From Callorhinchus milii (lineage: Eukaryota), in the NCBI RefSeq assembly GCF_018977255.1, contig NW_024704743.1, positions 66,652,001 to 66,716,000 of the forward strand: DNA of 64,000 nt, written 5' to 3'. Positions 52,370 to 64,000 of this stretch are shown here, piece by piece (the stretch's first letter is position 1; every line of letters starts with the position of its first letter). Made by a program: the position numbers and the translations under genes. The notes under the pieces were generated by a model, which had not been told where the DNA came from, did no database searches, and worked only from the letters and a program-made list of their open reading frames with translations.

Positions 52370-53240
52370 TCAACTGTGCAAATGAAGTTCAATGCAAATA
52401 ATAAAAAATAGTGCTCCTTGGTAGGAAACAAAAAGACACCGTCCATAGTCTAGATGGCAGGAATCTAAAAGGAATGGAGGAGCAAAGAAATCTGGGGATT
52501 CAAATCCACAAATCTCTAAAAGTAAACAAGTAGATAATGCTATTAAAAAGGCCAATTGGGTCATGGGTGTTATATCCAGAGGGACAGAACATAGAAGTGA
52601 GGAGCTCATGTTGAATTTATGCAAAACCTTGGTTAACCACCCACAAACTATATAGTCAATTCACTTTACAGGATATTCTGAGAAGCGCTTTGAAACATCT
52701 CAAAAACATGAGAGGATACTATATCAAACGCAAGGATTAATTATTATCATTAGTCACATTTGGAGTATTGTGGCCAGTTTTGGTCTCCACGCTATAATAA
52801 GGTTATAGCAGCAGTCGAAAGAGTACAGCATAGGCTTTTGAGGATGATACCAGTGCCATAGATTACTGTTATCAGGATAAACCGGATAGGTTAGGCCTTT
52901 TTTTTGCTAGAGAAGAGACATTTAAGGGGGGAACCTAATAGAAATATTTAAATTATAAAAAGGTTAACATAAAAAGGCTGTTTCCACTGGTTGGGGAGTT
53001 CATAACCAGGAGATACAGATATAAGGCAGTGACTAGGGTATCTAAAAGAGAATTTAGGAGGAGCTACTTCACGCAGAGTGAGATAGTGGGACTTGCTGTC
53101 TGAAGTGGTGGTTGAATCAGATAATGTAGATGCAATCAAGAAGAAGCTAGACCTTCACATGAGGGATATGGAAATAAAAAGGTATGGAAGGGAGTAAGGA
53201 ATGGGTGAAAACTCATGTGGATTATAAATACCGGCACAGA
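52370..53240 (+). mobile_element. CR1 LINE 3' fragment (SINE tail inserted at ~52640-52750)
   Basis: Encodes EQRNLGIQIHKSLK, LMLNLCKTLV, HLEYCGQFWSPRY and VERVQHR. Confidence 0.85.
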
Positions 53241-54530
53241 CTGTGAAGTGCTTTGAGACATCTCAATGACGTGATAAGGCGCTATATCCAATGCAAAGAG
53301 TATTATTAGGCAATGTCCTTTCACCCTTTGATTATGTTTCTTTTTTGGATAATTGGATAAAGAGCATCTTGTAAATTGTTTGTATTTTCAAACCATGTAC
53401 AGATATTAGGGTTTCACAAACTTGAGTTGATGCGATGATCAATCTTGAGTTGAAATTTGTTCCCCTCAAACTGTTTGAAGTTGGGGGCATTGTCTGCAGT
53501 ATTCTGGCAGCCCAGACGGTTTCGAGTGAAGATGTTGTGGAAAATATGATATCAGAATTGCCCTTGCAAAGTAATCCACTTTTTAGTATGGACACAGTGC
53601 TTGCGCTCATTGGCAAAAGAAGGCATCCAAAAGCTTTTGTTATTCACATTCATTTTAATAAACTACATCTATTCACAGTTAGTGCAAATATGTGAGTAAT
53701 CCAGCCTAGAAAAATCATCTATACTAGACTGGGATGTGGAATGCCCTGGCATTCCATTAGCTGGAGTTAGATTAGAAGATCAGCCATGATTGAATGGCGG
53801 GGCAGGCTCGAAGGGCCGAATGGCCTACTTCTGCTCCTACATGTTATGTTATGCTATTAGAAGTTGGTAGAGGCAGAGTCTATTGTGAGTTTCAAGAGAG
53901 AACTAGACAGGTACATGAAGGATAAAGTCCTGAAGGTGTATTGGAATAGAGTGAGGCAGTAGTATTGAATGGTCCGACTGCTCTGAGAGCCAACGGAACT
54001 CATTGGGCTGAGTGGCTTCTGTAAATTTCTATGATTCTATGATCTCAGGGAATTTTTGATTTGAATGAGTTAACCTGCAGGCTAACCATACCTCACTGAC
54101 CCCCAACACCACCGCCACCATCCACCCCTGCTACTTGCTCTTAGTCTCGGCATGCACATTTTGGCTGCCGCAACCGACCCGAGCTGCTTCCCCAAAATGC
54201 TCCCACCTTGACCACTACCCTCCAGTACTCGCGCTCAGTGATCCTCTCCCACCGCCCTCCCCAACTCCTATTCCTGCTCGACCATCCCAAAGCCTCCCTC
54301 TGCTCTAGCCTGCGAATCCTCCGTTGGGTCCAACATGGCAGACACTGCTGGCTGTCCAATAGCAGCTACTCTGACTGCCCTATCTCCATTCTCGCCGCAA
54401 GGCCCATCGGCCCCTGAACATGGGGGTCAACCTCTCCTCCCTCATCCACACCCCCACCCTCCCTGTCAATCCTCCCCTCTCCCCTCCCTCGCCCCCCACC
54501 ACATTCTACCACCAACTGTTGTCTCTGTAT

Positions 54531-55973
54531 AGCACAGAAACTGCCCTGGTCAAGGTCACCAATGATATCCTGAACATCTGTGACCAGGACTCCCTCTGCC
54601 TCCTCGTCCTCCTCGACCTATCGGCAGCATTCGATACGGTCAACCACGCTATCCTACTCCACCGCTTCTCCTCCCACCTCAACCTTCAAGGCACTGTCCT
54701 TGAGTGGTTTAGGTCGTACCTTTCTCACCGTCTTCACTTTGTCTCCACAAATGGCTTCTCCTCCACCCCCCGCACTGTCTCATGTGGTGTCCCTCAGGGC
54801 TCTGTCCTCGGTCCCCTCCTCTTCACCCTCTACATGCTCCCCCTTGGTGACATCATCCGCAGACATGGAGTTAACTTCCACATGTATGCGGATGACACCC
54901 AACTCTACCTTTCCTCCTCTACTCTCAACTCCACGACCACCAATGTCCTGACAGCCTGCCTGTCCGACATCGAGTCCTGGACGAGAGACAACTTTCTTCA
55001 GCTCAACGTGCGAAAAACTGAGGCCCTCCTGATTGGCTCGCGTCAGCGCCTCCGCACCTCAGGCGCTGACACCATCAGCATCCAAGGCTGCACTCTCCAC
55101 CTCTCAAAGCCAGTCAGGAACCTCGGCGTTTTGTTCGACCCTGAGCTGTCCTTTCTCCCTCACATCCGCACCACAACTGGAACCGCCTTCCATCACCTCC
55201 GGAACATCGCCAGACTACGGCACTACCTCACCCCTCACGCTGCTGAAACCCTGGTCCACACCTTTGTCACCTCAAGGCTGGACTATGGGAACTCTCTCCT
55301 CGCCGGCCTTCCCACCTCCCTCCACAAGCTGCAGGTCATTCAGAACTCTGCAGCTCATGTACTGTCCCGCACCAGGCTTCGGGACCACATCACTCCCACC
55401 CTCGCTCGCCTCCACTGGCTCCCCATCCCCCAGAGGATTGATTTCAAGATCCTCATCCTCACCTATAAGGCCATTCACGGCCTTGCTCCCTCCTACCTCT
55501 CTGACCTACTATCCCCCTACCTACCTGCCCGTACCCTCCGTTCCTCCGGCTCCGGTCTGCTCCACGTCCCCCGCCCCAACCGCCCTACCATCGGTGGTCG
55601 GGCCTTCAGCCTCTCAGCCCCAGGCTCTGGAACTCTATCCCCCAGTGCCTTCGCCGCCTCCTCCCTTTCCTCCTTCAAGGCCGGTCTCAAAACCTTTCTC
55701 TTTGACCGAGCCTTCAGCTCCCCTCTCGACTCTCTTCCCCCTCCTCGCTTCCTCCCTTCCCTCCCCTCACCCTGACCATTTCCCCCCTCCTCGCTCCCTC
55801 CCTTCCCTCCCCTCACCCTGACCATTTCCCCCCTCCTCGCTCCCTCCCTTCCCTCCCCTCACCCTGACCATTTCCCCCCTGCTCGGGTCATGACCCAACT
55901 GTGCAGTGCTTTGGGACGTCCTCCTGACGTGAAAGGCGCTTTATAAATGGAATCTTGTTGTTGTTGTTGTTGT
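54531..55973 (+). mobile_element. Young L2 LINE, 5'-truncated, with an open RT frame, nested in the older L2
   Basis: [35 protein letters not shown] and YADD are all intact; (TTG)n tail; tgtat duplicated at 54526-54530 and 55974-55978. Confidence 0.95.
55741..55878. repeat. 46-bp unit x3 in the L2 3' region
   Basis: Unit ctcctcgct(t/c)cctcccttccctcccctcaccctgaccatttccccc starts at 55741, 55787 and 55833. Confidence 0.9.
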
Positions 55974-58900
55974 TGTATTGGCCTACAAAATGTCCCCTCC
56001 CTCTCCAACAAAATACTCACCATCCAAGACCTCCTTGTCAACGAAAAACATTAACATTCTCACCATCATTGAATCCTGGGTCACTCCAGATGACACCTTC
56101 CCCCTGGCAGAGGCCACACTACCCGGCCACATCTTCCATCATAACCCACGACATAACCGCCATGGTGGCTGTATGGCTCTCATCTCCTGGTCCCCGCTCA
56201 ATCTATCCCTTTAATCCTCTGAAACCTTTCCCTCCTTTGAGCACCTTACCCTTTATCACCACTCCAACCTTTCCCTTAAAATTCTCCTTATCTATCGCCA
56301 CCCCAAACCCTCTCCCACATTCCTCCCTGACATCTCCACCCTCCTATTTTCTCTCTCCCTCTGCTCCGAATGCCTCCACATCCTAGGTGACGTCAACCTT
56401 CACTTCACCCCCTCCTGCTCTACCTCTGCTGACTTCTCCTTCCTTATCTCCTCCCTCAAGCTCTCCCCCCACATCCACTCTGCCACCTACGTCCATGGTC
56501 ACCTCCTTAACCTAGTGATCACTCAGGGCCTCAACGTCTCGGCCCTCACCATCATCGACAAAGCGATCTTGGACCATCACTTCATCTCCCTTACCTCCTC
56601 AATTCTTCTCCCCATAGCCACCCAACCCACCTCTATCTCCTACTGCCACTGGAAAAAAATCTCCCCCCGCCTCCCTCTCGCCTGCTTTGGAGTCATCTGA
56701 CCACCTTCCCCTCCGGGCTTTCTCCCGCAATGAACTATCCTCCTCAGTCACTCTTCTCCACAGCTCCCTCTCCCCCATTCTCAATTCCTTTGCTCCCCTC
56801 ACTTCCCAAACTTTCTCCTACTCATCTAAGCCACCATGGTACACCAGCTACCTTCGCTCCCTTAAAGCACAGATGCATGCCACTGAACGCACCGGACTTA
56901 AATCAAACTTAACGGTCCATTGGCAGATCTGACTGGGCCTTATCAAATCCTACAACTCCACCCTCGCCTCCACTAAATCATCGTTCTACTCCAACACAAT
57001 CTTGGAGGACAAGAACAACCCCAGGCTCCTCTTCTCCATCAACAACTGGCTCCTCCCTTCACCCTCTCACACCTCGCCTATCCTCACCTCCAATGCCATC
57101 TGAGAGGTGATGCTAGACTTCCTCAAATCCAAAGTTGAGGGGATCCGCTCAGCTGCCTCTGCCCTTCCGTCTAATAACCCCTCCCCATCTCCCCCACTTA
57201 CCCCAACCCCTACCCATTCCTACCTCCACACGTTCAAACCTGTCTCCCACTCCTCTCTCGCCACCACTATAACCCGCATGAAACCTTGACCCCATCTCTA
57301 CCCCTCTCCTTACCTCCAAGCTCCACCTCTTTGCCCCTCTACTCACAGATATCATAAAACTCTCCCTGTCCACTGGTACTGTTCCCATCCCATTAAAACC
57401 GTCGTCATCACTCCTGTCCTTAAAAAAACCCTCCCTGGACCCATCACTGCTCTCAAACTACTGTCCCATCTCCAACCTCCTTTTCCTCTCCAAGGTCCTG
57501 GAATGAGTTCTTGCTTTCTAACTTCACTCCTTCCTCTCCCACCACTCCCTTCACGAACCCCTCCAATCAGGATTCCGTGCCGCCCACAGCACAGAAACAA
57601 CCCTGGTCAAAGTGACAAATGACATTCTGTCCCTCTGCGATCAGGGCTCCCTCTGCCTCCTTGGCCTCCTTGACCTCTCTGCTGCCTTCGCCACTGTTGA
57701 CAACTCTATCCTCATCCATTGGCTCTTTTCCCACCTCAACCTGCATGGCTCTCTCCTTGAATGATTCAGATCATACCTCTCACATCACTTCCACTTCATC
57801 TCCACAAACGACTTCTCCTCTCGCTCCCGGAACATCTTGTGCGGCATTCCTCAGGGCTCTGTCCTTGGTCCCCTCCTCTTCAATATCTATATGCTCCCCC
57901 TTGGTGACATCATGCGCAGACATGGGGTCAACTTCCACATGTATGCGGATGACACCCAACTCTACCTCTCTGCCTCCACCCTCGACTTCAGGACCACTGC
58001 TGTCCTGACAGAATGTCTGTCAGACATCAAGGTCCTGCATGAGAGCTAACTTTCTTCAGTTGAATGATAGGGTCCCGTCAGTGCCTCCACACCTCAGGCA
58101 CTGACAGCATCGTCTTCCATGGACGCACACTCCATCTTACTAAGCCAGTCCGGATACTTGACATCTTTTTTGACCCTCAACTATCCTTTCTACCCCACAT
58201 CCATGCCATGACCTGCTCTGCCTTCCCCCACCTCCGCAACATCGCCCGGCTCCACCATTGTCTCACACTGCAGGCTGCTGAAACCCTCATACACGCATTC
58301 ATTACATCAAGGCTCGAATATGCAAAGTCACTGCTTGATGGCCTCCCAACTCCTCCCTCCATTGGCTGCAAATCATCGAGAACTCTGCAGCCAGTGTCTT
58401 CTCCCATACCAGGCTCCATGACCCTATTACCCCCATCCTCGCCTGACTTCACTGGCTTCCCATCACACAGAGGATACAGTTCAAGATCCTGGTCCTCACA
58501 TTCAAAGCTCTCCATGATCTTGCTCCCCACTACCTCTACGACCTCCTAAACCCTACCATCATGCCTGTTCCCTCTGCTCAACAGGCTCCAGCCTGCTTCA
58601 CATCCCCCGCCTCGTTTACCCCACCATTGGCGGGTGGGCTTTCTGTCACTCTGCTCCCACCCTCTGGAACTCCATCTCACAGTCCCTCCACCTTGGCCCT
58701 CCCTTGCCTCCTTCAAGACCCATCTCAAGACCCTCCTCTTCAACCATGCTTTTGATTATCATATCTCCCCCCCGCCCTCCACCCTCCCCAATCCCGACCC
58801 CCAGCTCGGGTCCGAAACTCTGACTGTCCAGCACCTTGGGGAATCATACTGATGTGAAAGTTTATCCTGGAATGTGTATTTACTATTCTGGTCAATATTG

Positions 58901-60945
58901 TGGGAGAAAAGTACATATCAGCCGATCAAAGAACTGTACCTACAAACAATATTGATATTTGAGAAGGCTTGGGACACTCTGTCCTAGATTTTGTAGCTGT
59001 GCAGCTCCTCTGTTGATCCATTTAGCCTGATATCTTGTTTGTGACCTGAAAAAAGATTCCTTCAGGGAACCTGTTCCCATTCTGAAAATGTTTTAGCTCT
59101 AAATGGAGGAGAAATCAGACAGGAGATAAGAGATTGAAATAATACAGAAATGAACATTTATATGTTTCAAAAACAGGAAATTAGAAGTTTAATGATGATA
59201 CCAAGCTCATTCCTATATTTATTGATTAGCCCTTAAATTGTTTGTATAACTTTGCTACAATGAATGATTTCATCATTGTGAAGTGCTCTGAGACGTTATC
59301 TCACATGAAGGATGCAAGTTGTTATTGATGTTGAGAATTTTTATTGTGGATGGGAGTCTATGAGCTAGAAGATATTGTGAAAAGTAGGAGTTTAGTATAG
59401 TAGGAGATTCCCTTAATCTATTATACCACACAATACATACTATTACCATAAGAATTTGATTCCAGATTTTTAAAATATTGCTCTTTTGGATAATTTTTAC
59501 CAGTTCTTAGTTAAGAGCATGCAGTTTATCCTCAGAGTGTTTGTTCTACAATCTAATTTTCATGCTTTTCTTCCTGTCATTGCTCAAAAACAAACATGTT
59601 TAAGACAAAGTAGCCAGATTTACAGCCTCATATTCCACTTGCTAGAAGAAATAATTTCATTATTTAAATGGTATGCAAAAGCCATTGAAGGCCACCCACA
59701 CTCTAACCACTCAATTATTTGCCAATGGCAGGAATGAATGCCAACAGACTCCACACAATATAAGGCAACATTCCTCTCCCTACTTTTATGTACTCTGTTT
59801 ATTTCAGGAGGGAGAGGGAAGATCGGCAGCTATTTATCAATCATGTCTCTAATGGGGAAAGGAATTCAACTGATATGCACTGAAAGATAGAGAGAGAAAG
59901 GCCGTAAACATTAAGGAATGACCAATGTTTATAGATACACTTTTAAACACAATGATAAAACAAACATCTGCAAAGGGAAATTTACTGGGCACTTATTACA
60001 TTGAATTTCTCTGCTTTTATTCATGGACAAGGTGCCTAATATATACAGGAGAAAGGACAAACAATTGCTTCATTTGAGATGGAAAAGAAAATGCATATTA
60101 TTCCTCAGACAAATTTATTGAACCGCAACAATTTGCACTTATGTAATGCTTTTCATGTAGGACAACATCTCAAGACTCCGTACAAAGACAATGTGGATCA
60201 ATGAGTAGGGTAGGAAGAGGTGGACATTTGAGAATGTTGACCAAAAGTATGATCAAAATTGATTGTTTTTCTTAAAAGGGTTTTGAAAGTAGGGAGTGAA
60301 GGTACAAGAGTTTGTGGGAGAGTGATCCATAGATCAGGGCATGGAAACTCATAATTCAGTCACTAATGATGGGATGAAGAAGGCTAGGAACAAGCAATAG
60401 GTAGATGCTGAAGGAATTGAAGGATAGAAGCAGAAGAATCCTCACTAATAAGGGGAAGAAGGGCACTTAACCAACATTCAATTAATTTGCTACATGGAGA
60501 GCATTGACCAGAATTATCCCTTTTAAGCATGAAATTCTACTTAGTCTTAGCCTTGAAATTACCATTTTGTCTTAAAATTGAATTTCACACAAAATAATCA
60601 AAAATTCTTAAATGGAAATTGCCTTCCAAATTACAACAACAAGATTACATTTGTATAGCGCCTTTCACGTCGGGAGGACGTCCCAAGGCCTGGGACTGAA
60701 TTGAAGATTTTTTTCACAATTCTGTATGAAATTCAGTTTTCAAACAAAATAGCCTTACAAGCTAAGACAAGGTGGAATTCCAGGCCTTTGTCTTTCACTC
60801 CTAACTTGGCTTCTCTTTCAAAATAAGATCTAAACAAGGGTTTGTAGCTGGATTGCCTGGGCCATTACTATGTACACTATGACAAGGAGACAAGTCTTCC
60901 AAGACTGACTTGGCAATTTATCTTGAGCCACAGGTGGGAGGGAGG

Positions 60946-60949
<4 letters not shown>

Positions 60950-60988
<39 letters not shown>
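60950..60988. repeat. (AAT)n microsatellite (SINE-tail derived)
   Basis: About 13 AAT units, followed directly by a reverse SINE tail fragment. Confidence 0.9.
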
Positions 60989-63900
60989 TGAGATGTCTCA
61001 AAGTGCTTCATAAAATATACTGTAAAGTGAATTGACTGGGTGGGGAGAAGATGGAAGAAATTCCACAGCAGTCTAGACTTAGACTTGCTTTCTTAGCATT
61101 TCAGTATGTGTCAATTTTGAACAATTGTTAAATTCAGTGATAATATTGAAGCTGATTTAATTTCGAAAAGTTAAAAAGCCTATGTAAAATCCTTCATTCC
61201 CACTCCCCTCCCCCCACCCCCAATTGCGAAGGATATTAATTTTGTTTCCAGCTTGGGCAAAGCTTGGTTATATTGCAGAAGCCAGTATTTTTAATGCAGT
61301 CACTGATCACGCTCTAGGAAACAGTCCATTCGCAGAGAATAATGTGCACTCTAACATTGCATCAGGTTAAATGCCTCAAGATATGGTCTCCCTTCATAGA
61401 GTGGCAGTCGGGGGAATGTCTCCCACAATTAGATAAATCTGGGCAGGCCCTGGGCAAACCTATACTGTAAGCACACATAGAAAGATTCTCCTTTCCTATT
61501 TCGGCAACAAGGTAATGAATGCCCTTGACATTCTGCATAACAACTCTTCCCAAAGAAAGATTTATACTCACTACAATCTCTAACATGATGCTCTGTGAAT
61601 CAATAGCCTCGGAAGACCTTGCTGCTATGTACTATCAAGGCAGACATCCACATGATGTCTGGTCACATTATTCTATTTCCTTATTATATTTAGACCAGAA
61701 GAAATTAATTCTGAAAGCTTCCAAATACCACACCAAATATACAATTTTCATGGTTGTTTATGTTATGTCTTTATTCTAATGTTAGCACACTGACTGTCAG
61801 CCTTAAGCCTACCAGTCTTGCTGGTTGCTTGGTAACCTCAGTGAAAGCATTTTTCCTCAAATTTCTATTCACAAACAATATAATGTTTGACAAGCCAATC
61901 GGAATGAGATCATCTCTAAATAAAGTAGAACTTTGTAAATCACATTATGTCATTGGAGGGGAGAATGCTGCATGCAGAGGGGTACTGGAAAATCATCTTT
62001 TAATTGACAGATTATTGTGATGGAATCAAACCACGCACATTGACAGGGTATTATTTTGGATGATGTGCTAGTTATCGCGGGTGAATCTTAACACATCGCA
62101 AGTCGTAATTTTCACCCTGTCATAACAACATTGAAAAAGGAATTGTATAAGCACTTCAGTAGATGTGTTATCCCCATCTATATGCTCAATAGACCGAACA
62201 GTTTCCTCCTTTGCTGTAAGATCTACGATTCTATGATACGAGACACCACTGAGACTCAGCTGGAAAGCAATGAGCAATTTGCTAATTATCTCAGGATAAA
62301 CCAATTAATAGGGGCTAGTAGGAAATATTCAATGCATTAAGAAAAAATACACTAAAATTCTATCAGTGAAGAAATATAAGAGGTTAGTCAGTAATACTCA
62401 GCAAATATCTTGTGTTATATCAATTCAGTTGGGCTGCATGAATCATCAACGCACATAATCACTTGATTTTAAAAGCATGAAAACAATAGTTACAAAGCTG
62501 ATCTCACACTGTGCTTTATTTAGTGCAGAACAATTTGATCATATCTATTCTCTGCATAGCATAAACCAGGACTTGTCTGAAACTAAACAATGAGGTAAAA
62601 TTAGCATAGATTCTATCATACAAAACACATTATGAAATATCATTAACTTACCCCAAATGTTTCAACTAAAGCTGCTAGCCCAGTATCTGCAGTGGTTGGC
62701 AATAGCCACGTTGATATAAAACACAGTTGATATAAGGTCATTCACATGAACTACAATATACTGGCTGGCAGAATTACAGTCTCAAGTTGGGACTTTCAAC
62801 TCACAGTCTAATCTAACACTCCAATGTGTTCAGTACTGGGGGTGTGTGGGTTGGGGTCAGAGGCGCCATCCTTCAGGCAAGACATTAAGGCAAGGTCCTA
62901 TTTGACTGTCCAGGTGGACATTAAAGATTGCACACTATTTGAAAAGAGAAGAGAATTTCTCTCAATGTCCTGGCAAACGAATCTCCCAAATAAAATTGAT
63001 CATTTAATTCATGGTTTTTGTGGGACATAAATTGACTGTCTCTTTCGTCTACAAATCACAAGTTACACGTTACAATATATATTTGGAAGCACTTTGAGTG
63101 ATGTGAAAGGCGCTATATTAAATGTAACGTTTATTATTATTGTTAACAATAATATACATTAATATATGTTCTATAATGATCCTTAATCCATTTTAAAGTA
63201 AAATACAGTATGATAAAGCCAAAGTGCACTTAACAATAAATGTGTAAAATATTTAATCACATTGCCACCAGATCGCTATTGTCCTATGCAAAATAAATTA
63301 AATGCACTGGTTGAAATGTTTATGTACTAATCGTACATGTTTGTGCAATGAAGTCTATCAGCATGTAATTACAGGCATTGTAAGAAACATTGCTGCCCTT
63401 AAAATGTTTCACAGGCAATTTTATGGTCCACAAAAAGCAGTAAAGCTTGTTGTCTTTCAAAATGGGTTACAAAACATTGCAAACTTTAACCCAACGTTTT
63501 AAACTGGCATTTTTCCAGTTTAGGATTTTTTCAACCTGCTTTGTCGTTGAACAGGACCACCTGCTATTTGGATATCAGGCACTTGCCTGAAGTTTATACA
63601 GGTTATATATTTAACTCTAGCTTTGGAAAGCAAATTCAACTTTTTTGTCTCCAGCTAAACCTTAACCCACATTTCACCCACAGGGAGGCTAAATATTTAA
63701 TTTGCCATCAGATAATTTAAAAAAAGCTTAGTTTAATTTACGGTTTTCTGCCAGGCCTGAACAATTCTATGCCAGATATCTAATTTCCTCACTGATGTTA
63801 GTAATTCTGCCAGTCTGTGATTTTTCCAGTGCTCTGTGTATTGAATCGGGAAGCTATTTATACATCCTGTCAGTGTCTGTGTCCTATTTTTGTCGTGTTC

Positions 63901-64000
63901 TTGTTTGGCTTCCTTCTCCATTTCTTCCAGTGGTTTACCAAAGAAGTCTAGCAATATGCCGCAAATCTGAGCTGAGAGGTTACTTTCCGTTATTATATTT

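Larger units (their letters stand above)
54090..58860 (+). mobile_element. Near full-length older L2 (54090-54530 plus 55974-58860): APE endonuclease and RT, decayed
   Basis: Rejoined frame LCIGLQNVPSLSNK (APE start), IIESWVTP, RHGGCMALI, IYRHPK, LGDVNLH, LDHHFI, then [10 protein letters not shown] and [12 protein letters not shown]2 tail. Confidence 0.9.

Noticed and set aside
53332..53695. Overlapping ORFs on both strands in unique sequence
   Set aside because: No recognisable domain or convincing splice boundaries.
55033..55821. Ser/Pro/Thr-rich ORFs (also 16658..17404) resembling mucins
   Set aside because: Alternative frames of C-rich L2 sequence.
61362..62340. Cluster of short ORFs in repeat-poor sequence
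   Set aside because: No motifs, mixed strands; more likely non-coding unique DNA. Conservation cannot be assessed here.

Overview
Eukaryotic, vertebrate-type non-coding DNA (intronic or intergenic) with no host protein-coding exon that I can recognise. It is dominated by retroposons: many L2-clade LINE copies (two young, near-identical ones), decayed CR1-type LINEs, a young tRNA-headed SINE sharing the L2 3' tail, and older DeuSINE-like copies. This repeat mix suggests a cartilaginous fish, possibly a chimaera (inference only). Less ordinary items: (1) a Penelope-like element with a GIY-YIG endonuclease remnant, inverted pseudo-LTRs and minimal hammerhead-ribozyme motifs, plus two ~225-bp palindromic mini-derivatives, each with its own TSD; (2) a TIR element carrying a frameshifted KRBA2/SCAND3 (Ginger2-like) transposase C-terminus that the ORF track misses; (3) several nested insertions, including L2-in-L2, which makes the longest ORF (451 aa) chimeric; (4) a local inverted duplication and perfect palindromes; (5) an unclassified ~550-bp repeat family with about 5 copies; (6) a repeat-free block rich in Meis and Pbx-Hox motifs. 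I found no convincing wholly new biological system. Boundaries of decayed repeats are approximate.
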